Source of the DNA: Heteronotia binoei
Taxonomy: Eukaryota
Direction: 5' to 3'
NCBI RefSeq assembly: GCF_032191835.1
Contig: NC_083223.1
Coordinates: forward strand, 252,402,001-252,466,000
Length of the DNA: 64,000 nt
Part shown: piece after piece, positions 11,901 to 23,900 of the stretch
How the letters are laid out: each line of letters opens with the position of its first letter
How positions within the stretch are numbered: position 1 is the first letter of the stretch
Notes under the pieces: generated by a model
Told to the model about the DNA's origin: nothing
Database searches by the model: none
The model's input: the letters and a program-made list of their open reading frames with translations, nothing else
Position numbers and translations under genes: made by a program

Positions 11901-14900
11901 GACGAGCGAGAGTGAACCCGTTGCCATGGTGATTCTGCCCAGGCGCACGCCATTGGCCCGAGGTAGGGATGGGGGAAGTGCAGGCTCGCGTGGGATTGGC
12001 CAGCCCATTGCACGTGACCGGGCGAAGGGGCGGAAAGCCCGCGCCTGAGAGGCCGTCAATCCTCCCACTCCCTCCCGGTGTCAGAGAGGCCGTCAATCCT
12101 CCCACTCCCTCCCGGTGTCAGAGACTCTGCCAATGGCAGGCAGGCGGGCAGAGGCATGCGCAGATAAGCAGGAAGTGCCAAGTGCAGAAGTTCGCTGTCC
12201 TAGACAGCGGCTGGAATGTGTGTCTGGGAGCGGCCAGACCAAGTCCAAAAGACACCCTCTGGAGCCCCACCTCGGTCTTGCCCTGCTGCTGCCCCCTGCT
12301 ATGTGCAAGGAACACCTCCCCTGGGGGCCGCAGAACTCAGAGTGCGAGTCACTGGGCATGCATCCACTTCAGCAGCCCCCCCCCCCAGTGCCCAGCGCAC
12401 AACAGCTTGTGCAGTCGGGTAGGCCGTCAGCCCGGGCAGGCTGAGGGGCGGCACCTCCCCTGTCCAGCCACGCGGGGGGCAGCGTGGCGGCTCATACCCA
12501 ATTCCCCCCCCCCAAAGAACCAAGTCTGCCCACCCTCCCAGGCACTCCCTCGGAGAGGCCACTGACAGAGGGGGAGGGTTGCCATGGGAATGTGCAGCAG
12601 ATGCCAAGCAGGAGAGACAACAGAGGGCACAGCTCAGACTTTATTTTTCCGAAACAGAGTGCAACAGACTCCCTGAAGCGCGCTGGGCAGTCTCGTTGAG
12701 TGGCAGGCAGAAGCAGCTGAGGGAGTGGGGAGGGTGTTGGAAACCTCACTGTTGGAGTCCCACCTGCAAAACAGAGACAGAGATCAAGAGCACCTGCAGG
12801 GGCGGCAGCTGGAAGAGCAGGCTGCATTTCAGCCAGGTGCTCTTTTAAAGGGACAGTCTCTTGACTCACCTCCCCACGTCGGGGCAGCTGCCACACACAC
12901 ACAAACCGTGCCCTTCCAGGGGTTGGGAATGTGACAGAGGGCAGACCAAGGGAAGGGAGCAGGCAGCAGCACAGGGGAGTAGGCTCAGCAAATGCCCCCT
13001 GCTGGAGCCCACTGCCGGGTTCAAGTGCCAGAGACGCTTGCACACCGAGCTGTCGAGAGTGAAGGGAAAGGGAGGACGGGGGTGGGGGGGACACACAGTG
13101 GAACTTACCCAGCCATGGGCAACAGTCCTCGCATGCAGAGCCTCCGGGAGCCCGGAACCTGTGGAGACCTGGAAACAAGAGCAGTTAGCCCCAGGGGAGA
13201 GACCTCTCTCTCCCCCTCGCAAGTCAATGATACTGTCAAAGCAACCGCGCGGTGCAAAACCTGTCACCGACGTGCCTGCCTGTCCCTCACTCTAAGTCTG
13301 TATGACTGGGAGCTCGCCGGCAGAAGTTCCCGCCACGTGCTCCTTTCCCTAACAACTGAGTTGTGCGAGGCAGAGCAGAAGTATTTCTAGGAGGGAGAGG
13401 GCTGCGATTGGGCGCCGGGGAGGGGGCTCGCCAGGCCGAGGCGCGAGGGGATTGGTGAGGCAATCACTTCGCTCCCTAAGGGGTTTGCGAGCTTCCGCAG
13501 CGGTGGAGGCGACCTTTGTTTTTGGTTTCAACTAGTGCCTATGGGACACGCTGCTATTTTTGCAGGTGTAACGTTGTGCCTCTCGAGGGGGGTGTGTTCT
13601 GGGCCAAACTGCTCAGGGAGCCGCCTAAGCCTGGCTGCACCACCTGCTCCGCCTGAATGCCGTGCTCTGCCTCACTTCCGCCCACACTCAGGTGCTGCTG
13701 CCCTCGGGCGGAGCGGCGCTTGGGTGGCCCCCCGCCCACGTAACTCCCCTCCACTGTGGCGGCACTGGTTGTACGTCGGCACAAACCCTTTCTGTGCCCA
13801 TGTAGCGGCTCATCTGCTCCCAAAAGACTTTCCTCCCCCTCCCCTCTGGATTGTGCTGTAAGACACTTCCAAAATCTCCTATGCCATTTGCTGTTATTAC
13901 TTTGAACCCCAGATGCTTTGGCAGCATCTCTACAATCCCTCTGCATGCATATCCAGCAATTCAGCCACCAAAGTTTACAGTTACACTATTTTTGTAAGCT
14001 GTATTCTATAAATTGTATTCTGCCAGTTTTGTATCTATTTACTTAGGCTGTCGCTGTTTTCAAAGGCTCTAAGTAACTTACAAAATGTCTAGTGTTTTGT
14101 ATGTGCGACTAAATACAGTGAAATAAAATTATCTACCCTGGTGCACTAGGGAAAATGTGATATTGTTAATGTAATATTGAAGTCAGAGAAACTCCCCAGT
14201 TGTCGCAAGCTTTTTGTAGTAAAGCCAGTAAGATACAACTAAAAGCCGAAGTAACAAACATATTTTACAGGGGGAAGCATTAATAAGCATGATGAACATA
14301 TGAAGCTGCCTTATACTGAATCAGACCCTTGGTCCATCAAAGTCAGTATTGTCTTCTCAGACTGGCAGCGGCTCTCCAGGTCTCAAGCTGATGTTTTCCA
14401 CACCTATTTGCCTGGACCCTTTTTTGGAGATGCCAGGGATTGAACCTGGGACCTTCTGCTTCCCAAGCAGATGCTCTACCACTGTCCCTCCCAGATGTGT
14501 ATTAAAATTTTTTTTAAAGATGATTCTCATTCCAAAAACATAGAGAGGCAAAAAAAAGAAAGTTAATTTTACAGGTATTAGAATTAGGCTTTCCTCTTGA
14601 GTAACCTTTAGCAGGCAAATCTTATGAGATTTATGTATAGTGCGTCCACAATAGATAATTGCTGCACAGCATTTAAATAAGGTTTTCAATGTCCAAAGCA
14701 TTTTCCATATGTTTTGGGTGATCCCTCATTTTCAGGGTTCTTTGGATACAATGGATGATGTTTGCTGCTCTAACACTTTGAGAGAGGGCAGAATACTGTT
14801 AAAAGTAATTCTATTATCAAGTTATAAAGAAAGAGATTTAGTTTTCTTGTCAGCTAATAGCTCTCTTTATTTGCCCATAGTTTAGACCTGGCAAAGAGAG

Positions 14901-17900
14901 TGGGTAGATACACTGTTGCAACACCAACAGCCTGGTACTATTATAGTTTATCAGATTTATTGTGCACTAGCTGGGTTGCCTTGGCAGGCATAATCCATCT
15001 CCATGTTGTGTACATGCTGTCTGCTTGGGTCTCATTCTGTTCAATGGAAATAACCTGATTTGGGGGGGTGGGGTCAAGAGGCATGCTACGCAGGCCAGTC
15101 GCCTCTTGGATCATGACAACATAGCACCTCCTGGAATACTGCACTACACTAAGGAAGGAAGAACTTTCCTGCTTATGAATAGTGCCGTGCTGTTTTCAGG
15201 GAATCAAAACAATTTGCTTTTACAGGGCCACACACAAGCAGTCAGGTGTCTCCGATTTAGCCCTGATGGGAAGTGGCTGGCATCCTCATCAGACGATCAC
15301 ACTGTGAAGGTAAGAGTACTGTGGTGTGGACCTCTTCATCTTCTGCCACACCTGTTCCTGGTGTGGCAGTGTCAGTCACTCATGTTTGTCTGCCTCCCTG
15401 CTCTTAATGTCTTATGAGAAGAAAGGTGCTCTTGTTCAGGTAGGATGCGATACAGGGCTGGGCAGCCTCACCCCACTCAAACCTTGAGTGTTCTTTCTGC
15501 TCTCCAGCTCTGGGATCTGGCTGCCGGGAAGATCATGTGCGAGTTCACAGAACACGTGGGCCCCGTAAACGCTGTCGAATTCCATCCCAATGAATACCTT
15601 TTGGCCTCTGGTAGCTCTGACAAGTAAGTACTTGCTGGGAAAATTAGGACAGTGGCTATACTGCAGGATGAGAGAGTGGCAGAAGCCTCAACGAGCTTGT
15701 ACTGCCAGGTTGTAAACTTTCATACTTGAGCTTCTAGGCTTTGAACTGCTGTGATGGAGGAATGCGTTAACAGTGTGAAAGCTTAGAATATGGGGCTGGT
15801 TAGAGAGGGAGCATAGTGCTTTTTGAAATGCAGAAGTTCAGTTCTCAGAGCCTCCTCCTTGGTAGTTTGTTCATATAGTTTTCCAAAAACTTCTTGTATA
15901 GTGTCCAAGCAAAAGACTTTGGCACAGATGTTCTGGCTCAGCAGTTAACTAATCTTGGAAAAGTCATGCTTCTTTCTTTCTCCCCCCCCCCCCTTTTTGG
16001 GCCTCTGTGGGAAGTTTCACCTGTCTGGGGCAGTGATGCTCTGTATTCTTGGTGCTTGGCCAGGGGGGGGGGGGGCGCAAAGTGGAAGGGCTTCTTGCCC
16101 CAATTGTGAACCTCTTGATGGCACTTGGTTTGGGGGTTTTTGGCCACTGTGTGACACAGAGTGTTGGACTGGATGGACCATTGGCTTGATCCAACATGGC
16201 TTCTCTTATGTTCTTATGACTGACACTGTGACCAAGGAGATGTGAGGACCCAGGCACTATAACAACAAAAAGAAGTTTATTATTAGTGCTCTAAAACAAT
16301 AAGTGGGTGATAAAGATTTAGTACTATAGTGAATGTGAAAGCAGCAGAGGTTGATGCAGATAAACAGAAGCCCTGATGCATTTACTAGACGTTCCCTGCT
16401 CTAATAGCAAAACTCACCACCTCCCTTGGGTGAGGGATCTCTTCCCAGCTGCAAGCTTTCTAGACTACAGCCTGCCTCCAGCTCAGCCTTCCAGAGAGCC
16501 AACATCCCTGCCTGCAGCCTCTTCAGGGAGGAACATGCACTACCTGTGCTTGGCCCTTTTATGTTTTCCTCCCAGGTCCCACCCCTCTCTGGGCTAGTTT
16601 CCCTCCAAAACCTTGCCACCCAATCAGAGGGATGGAAGGGATCTTGGAAAATGTAGGCTTTCTGTAATTTATTTAATTCCATTTATATCCTGCCCTTCCT
16701 GCTGAGGTGGGCTGAGGGTGGCTTACATGGTCATGCATGTGCACAAGTATAAACATATAATAAGACATAAAAACCATAAAACAGTTTAAAAACATAGAAG
16801 ATTGACATTTTGGTGCTATGATCTTAAGTTTCAGGTTGATGTTCTCTGTGAAGCAGATCTTAGTAATGACTCCTAGGCAGGCTTCTTTGGAGCCTGTAGG
16901 CCTCACTCTGAAACAAGTAATTATGCCACTTTCCATCTGAATTTTTAACAGAAACTTAACCTGTTGCTGGAAGTGTAGGCACCAATGCATGTTATCGATG
17001 AGAAAAGTTTGCACTTGTCTCAGGTTCCCTCAGATGCTCTCTTTTCTTAATTTGTCTTGCAGAACCATCAGGTTCTGGGACTTGGAAAAATTCCAGGTGG
17101 TGAGCTGCATCGAAGAAGAGGCCATTCCTGCCAGGTCAGTGTGACTTGGGCAATGTAAAGAAGTTGTACACAGTTTGACTTGGGAGTGGAAAGGGGCATC
17201 CATAAGTTTGTGTTGCCTTGCCAGGGGAATCTCAGCCCAGTGAAGCTGCAGAGTTCTTGTGTTGCTTATTGTTAATGTTTTTGAAGCTGTCTTAGGCTGA
17301 ATCTGACTATCAGTCCATCAAGGTCAGTATTGTCTATTCAGGCTGGCAGCCGCTATCCAGGGTCTCGAGGGGAGGTCTTTCACATCACCTATTGCCTACT
17401 TTTAAGTAGATGGAAGGGAGGCTAAGGAGGGTGAGCTGAGCATGCAGTTCAAGGCCAGCAGAGATGATAATGGTAGCCTGGTTTGACTGGCTTAACAAGA
17501 GGTTTTCTTAGCTGCATTTTGAATGTAGTTGTCAGCCCTTGTTTTGCTCAGCCACACACTCAGCTCTCTCCTCCCCCTTTCAGGTGTGTGCTGTTTAATC
17601 CTGATGGCTGTTGCTTGTATGCCGGTTGCCACGATTCTCTGCGCGTGTATGGCTGGGAACCTGAACGCTGCTTTGATGTGGTCATGGTGAATTGGGGCAA
17701 GGTGGCTGACTTGTCCATCTGTAACAACCAACTGGTGAGTGAGTGAGGTGGTGCGGGTAACTTGAGTCTTCTAGCTTGCTTAGTGATAGGTTGCCAAGTT
17801 CCCCCGGCCACTGGTGGGGGTGGGGGTGGGTTTCCAGCTCAGGTTGGGAGTCTCCTGGAGATAGAGGGGTGGAGTTTGGGGAGGGCAGGTACCACAGTGG

Positions 17901-20900
17901 GGTACAATTCCATAGAGTCCATCCTCCAAACCAGTCATTTTCTCCAGGGGGACTGATCTCTGTAATCTGGAGAAAAACTGTAATTCTAGGGGATCCCCAG
18001 GTCCTGTATGGAGAGTGGCATCCCTACTTAATGGGTTGCTGGGCAATGAACCAGGCAACCACGGTTGATGATACAGGCTGCAAGAGGTCCTGCTGGCAGC
18101 AAAATCAACATGACAGTGGTGTTGCTGAGACACTTATGTGGGACTGTATGTGCTGTGTTGGAGACAGGTCCAAGAGGTAGTGTGCACATGGAATCCTTGG
18201 AAACTATGCATTGAATCCTGTTGTCTGTTTCTATAAATATATTCTTCACTGAAAAAGCTTCCTCTGCCTTTCCATAAGAGCATAAGAAGAGTTTTGCTGG
18301 ATCTGTTCAGTGGCTCATTTTGTCTAGCATCCTGTTTCATACAGTGGCCAAACATTGGCCCTGGATGGCCAGCAAACAGGACACAGAGGCCAAGGCTTTC
18401 TTCCCATGCTGCCTGCTAACACTGGTATTCAGAGGTTTGCTGCCTGTAAGCACAGAGGCCTCTCTTTCTCTCCATGGCTATTAGCCATTGATGTACCTGT
18501 TCTCTGGCAATCTGTCTAACCCCCTTTTAAAGTCATCTGTATTTGTGGTCATCACTACCTTCCCTTCTCTCAGTTGCTGTAGCCCACTTTCTTAATAATC
18601 TTAATGGTGGGTTTTTGTTGACTCCAAGAGGATCCTGTATATTTGATACAGAACCAGTGTACAAATTACATGGCAGTCTCTTTAGGCTGCTCTTTAAAAG
18701 GCATTTGGGAATTCCACAATGGTTGAGGCTGTCTCTTCTCTTTGCAGATTGGAGTTTCTTTCATGCAAAGCACTGTGTCTTCGTTTGTTGTGGACCTTAA
18801 CAGAGTCTCAAAATGTGGGTCAGGCCTCCATGGGCTGGTTAGGGATGACAAGCCTCTTGTTTCACCTGTGCCCATGGGCTCCTCTCTGCGACGCATCTAT
18901 GACAGGCCATCAACAACATGCAGCAGACCTCAAAGGTAAGGAAGGCTTCAACAATCTTTGTGTCTCCTTGGTGTCTGGTTGCATAGGTGAGAGTGACTGA
19001 ATCCCCACTGTCTTTGCCATCTGAGCAAGACATAGGAAAAGGAATTTCTTTTTATACAATTACAAAAGGAAATCAGATAAAATCATGCAAAATATCTGTT
19101 GTTCCCTGCACTACAGGCATTGTTATTTAACTTACATTAAAATGCGTGTTGTTGTAGCCTTTGTGCTATTGCTTGTGCAAACAAAGTTCTGCAAAGTATA
19201 TCTTCCTTTCTGCTCTTGCTCCTGCTGGCTCTAATCTAGTATTTTTATGGATTAATGGCAGAATGAAACACAATTCTGAGAGTGAGAGGCGCAGCCCCAG
19301 TAGTGAAGACGATAGGGAGGAAAAAGAATCCACTGCAGAGATCCAGAACCCAGAAGACTACAAGGAGATCTTCCAGCCAAAGAATTCCATCAGTGAGTGG
19401 TACTAAAATAGCTAATGGTGGGATTCAAGATTTCCTGGATTAACTAGGTCTTATCCCTGGTGGAAACACTGTGGTAGATTTTTCCATCCACCATTGCCTT
19501 TTAAAGTTCTGTCTTTTCATGGTGGTTATGAATGAATGAACAGCTAGGCTAGTAGCTTACTAGAAAGTTTCTCTTATTTAGGTGGAAAGCTGTTTTATGG
19601 GATCACCTCTTTCCCTCACACCATCATTTGTTTAAAATGTTGTTAACTCCAGAGGGTTTAAGAGGCAAGATAGTGTTTGCACCAACATGCAGTATTTTGG
19701 AGAAGTCTTCAGTCATCTGGAACTGGTACAAATTACCCCAAAATGTATGGTGCTACCAGAATATCAAAAACAGTGTGCCAGCTGTTGCATTCCTTAGAAT
19801 TTATCATCAGTGGGCAATGGGCCACTCTGCAGAATTATATTAATCATATTCAAGGTTTTTTTTGGGCAGGAACACAAGGAACACAGTTCCAGCTGGCTTG
19901 GTGTCAGGGGATGTGACCTAATATGCAAATGAGTTCCTGCTGGGCCTTTTCTTTAAAAAAACCCTGTGTGAAACAATGGTGATGCCAGGGGGTGTGGCCT
20001 AATATGCAAATGAGTTCATGCTGGGCTTTTTCTTCCAAAAAAGCCATGATCACATTAGGGATGAGTCTCTGGATTGCAAAAGCTGTAATTTCTTGTGGCT
20101 TCTGCAAATGCAATCAGATTCAAGGCTGGATTTTTGCCTTTTGCAGCTCGAACTCCACCCTCCAAGAGTGAGCCCTTTCCTGCACCTCCTGAGGATGGTG
20201 AGTTCAGACTTATATTTCAGGGAATGGGAGACCCCAGGAACCATCACTGTATTCCTGCCCTTCCTGTGGATGCTTGCAAAACCTTTGTTGCCAGACGAAG
20301 TTATGAGTCAAAATTTCCCTTGACTTTTGAGATAGCCAGATGTGTCATGTTGAATCCTCCCCTTGGACAAACTCGTATGTAGTGGGATCCCTTGCCACCA
20401 AAGAGCAACGGATTATATCTGGTGAAAATGACAGGCCCTTTCCCTTATCGAATGGCTAGGCCAGGATAACAGAAGAGTCCTGAGTCCTTTATGACTCTCT
20501 TCCTGCCCACGAGCACCTTGGATTTCTCCATTTGAGGGACCTCAGTACAGAATGAGCATGGTATAATCGCTTCCTTTCTCATTGCCTCCAGAACCCACAC
20601 TTGCAAAAGAAACATCCACGCCGAGTAAGGCTGCGGATAGCCAAACCCCATTGCCAAGCCAAGAAAACGTAAGCATCTTGCAGTGGTTGCTATTTCCTCT
20701 TGTCCTCCATTTATCGCAGTAAATGTTTATCATGGGGATGCATCCAACAGCATGCAATTTAGGATAAGACGGATGATTCTAAGGAGGGTCTACCAGTCTG
20801 GCCCTCTTGTTGGAATCTAGTTCCCAGCAGATTTGGGATCTGATGGTTGAAATTCCCCTATGACTTTGTTTCTTGTTGTTGCAAAACGTGTTTTAAGAAA

Positions 20901-23900
20901 GGTGAGGTAGGAGTTGAGAATCCCTTTAACTGGCAGTAAATGGTATCTCTCCAGGTTTCTTGAGGGTGGCCACTGCCTTAGTTTTAGATGTCACTACTAT
21001 CTGGTAAGAGCCCTGTGGTGCAGAGTGGTAAGCTGCAGCACTGCAGTCCAAGCTCTGCTCACAACCTGAGTTCAATCCTGGCTGAAGCTGGGTTCGGGTA
21101 GGCAGCTCATGGTTGACTCAGCCTTCCATCCTTCCGAGGTTGCTAAAATGAGTACTCAGCTTGCTGGGTCTAAAGTGTAAATGACTGGGGAAGGCAATGG
21201 CAAACCACCCCCTAAAAAGGCTGCCCTGAAAACATTGTGAAAGCAACATCACCTCAGACTTGGAAATGACTGGTGCTTGTACAGGGGATTACCTTTATCT
21301 TTTTACTATTGAATGGGGTGCTCTGATGGAAGGGGAGGATGGGTGGAGGAGATTAGAATCAAATCTGCCTTTTAACAGAGCCTTAACACAGTGTTGGAAG
21401 GCTGCAAACATGGTCTTAAACAACGTGTCTGCCCTGACTTGATATCTTCTTTTTCTTACAGCCCGACCCCATTCAGAAGTCACTAGTAGCTGCCTCAACC
21501 CCCATTACCAGAGTTGAGCCCTCAGTGATCCCTGCTGCCAGGAATGAGCCCATTGGGCTGAAAGCCTCTGACTTCTTGCCGGTAATCTTGCCATCCTATA
21601 GAGAGGGGGTTGGGGAAAGGAATTGGCAGTGGAGAGTTTTCTTGCTGTGCTCCTTGGCTACTTCAGAGGTGGGTGAGCCTTTTGCTTTAAAATGGCAAAT
21701 CACCGGCCTTGCAGTCTTTTTGAGGAAACTAGAGTGTGAACACAAGCCCTTGGATAAAGACCTTGAAGATGATCCATTTGAAGGTTTGTTTAAAGGAACA
21801 AGAAATAGAGGAAATTGGTGGGCTGCTTTTGGGGGGTTGGTGAGGGCTGTGGCTCAGAAGCAGAGCATCTGCCTTGCATGCAGAAGGTCCCTCAGTCAGT
21901 CCCTGATAATTCCAATTTAAAAGGTCTGGGAGTAAGTGATGTGAAAGAACTCGGCTCATGAGTCTGGAGAGCCGCTGCCAGTCTGTGTAGACAATACTGA
22001 CTTTAATGATTTATCTCTCCAAGGCATTATCAATCAGTTGCAGGGGGCATTTGCAAGCAGGAAATTCAAGAAATCAGAGAGCAAATTTAAGAGATTAGAG
22101 GTTAGCCAAATGGCTTTGCATGTAAGTAACAAGTGAGATAATTTGTGTCTTGTGGGAAATGAGGCCACATTAGGAGGAATTGTCCACTAACCAGAGAAAA
22201 CGAAATTAATGAGCAGTAGGCTTATAACAGATAAAAGGAAGTCTTTCGCCACCCAAAGAGTAATTAACATGTGGAATTCACTGCCACAGGAAATGGTGGC
22301 GGTTACAAGCATAGACAGCTTCAAGAGCAGATTGGATAAACATATGGAGCAGAAGTCCATTAGTGGCTATTAGCCAGTAGAGGGAACACTGTGTCTGGGG
22401 CAGTGATGCTCTGTATTCTTGGTGCTTCGGGGGCCACTGTGGGTGGTCTTCTGGAGTTCTGGTCCCACTGGTGGACCTCCTGATAGCATCTGGCTTTTGG
22501 CCACTGTGACACAGAGTGTTGGACTGGATGGGCTGTTGGCCTGATCCAACATGGCTTCTCTTACATTCTTAATGGATTAAGTGTGATTCAGTAGAAGTCA
22601 GCTTCTTGTGTTAAAGAGGAGAGTGAGACATCATCTGTAGAGTCCCTCTAGGCAAGTTCCTGAGAGGGGCAATTTGCGTATAGTAACCCCTTGTGGCCTG
22701 TTGAAGAACAGTTCAGTCCTCTCTATTCTGTGTCTTACCAAACTGTGCATAAGGCAAGCAAATGTTTTATGTGCTCTGAATAGCTGCAAAAGGAAGGCTA
22801 CCCAGTGGGCTGTGTTTCCCTGGGAAGGGAAGGTGGCATCACCATGTCTCCTCTGAGCACTGTCAAGGAATCATGGTCAAAGAGCAAGTTATCTGTTACA
22901 TTAATGTGAGAGGGGAAGGGGGGGGAGCCATAGCATTTGACACAAAAGGGGTTCTTGTAAAGATTCTAATTCAGGAAAGAAAGATCATTGGCAGTGAGAA
23001 GTACTGAATTTCACTCAGACTTGTTTGCTGTGCAAATGGAGGATGTGCCCTGGCAGCTTGCAGCTAAGTAAAAGAGCCTGTGTATCATGATCAGTCTTTT
23101 CTCTCAACACATATGTGTTAGAAGACACCTGATATCAGCATATCAATTTGATGGAACTGCTTGATCTAGAGCCAGTTCGGTGTAGTGGTTAAGTGTGCGG
23201 ACTCTTATCTGGGAGAACCAGGTTTGATTCCCCACTCCTCCACTTGCACCCGCTGGAATGGCCCTGGGTCAGCCATAGTTCTGGCAGAGGTTGTCCTTGA
23301 AAGGGCAGCTGCTGTGAGAGTCCTCTCAGTCCCACCCACCTCACAGGGTGTCTGTTGTGGGGGAGGAAGATAAAGGAGATTGTGAGTTGCTCTGAGATTC
23401 AGAGTGAGATATTGGATATAAATCCAATATCTTCTTCATCTTCATTTTTGAGGGTGAAGAAAATTTGCTGGAACACATGGAATGGCTTGGCTGGTGAACA
23501 TTAGTGAAACAATCCAATGACAGTTATAAATTCCACTTACAATAAACTGAGCAAATTAAAGGGAATGTAACAAATAGATGGAAGAAGAGGTCACCTAGAC
23601 TGATGTACAGTTTCGAAAAGCAGCCAGCCTGATGCCCAATCACTTTATTCTGAGGGCTCTTTGTAGCCAATGGAGTGAATAAACTTGGGCCCTCCTGGAA
23701 AGTCTTGCTCTCCCCTGTTTCCCAGGGAGCAGGTGAAAGTACATGTGTGTGGCCATTCCCCCCCATATGGGACCTGAGTCTTTTTATATAAAGGTACACA
23801 ATAGATGAAGGGGGTGCCTTTTCATGCCTTTCCCCTATTTTAGGGCATTATAAAGTGCTACAGGGGCTTTACATAACACACTCTGTCTTCACCTCTGCTG

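Noticed and set aside
12047-12120. Short direct repeats (also 63474-63545) as CRISPR-like arrays
   Set aside because: Two adjacent copies with no spacers in a vertebrate genome; simple tandem duplications.
11757-13946. Cluster of long ORFs (up to 228 aa) on both strands
   Set aside because: GC-rich TIR element interior; low-complexity P/G/R/S composition, no transposase or other motif.
19231-19261. Alternative upstream acceptor AG at 19238-19239 for KATNB1 exon 11
   Set aside because: It would add 22 nt and frameshift. It lies only ~5 nt after a CTAAT branch-point candidate, so normal scanning would skip it.
23168-23240. tRNA-like A/B boxes here and in other SINE heads
   Set aside because: No cloverleaf or acceptor stem; they continue into repeated SINE bodies, so they are not tRNA genes.
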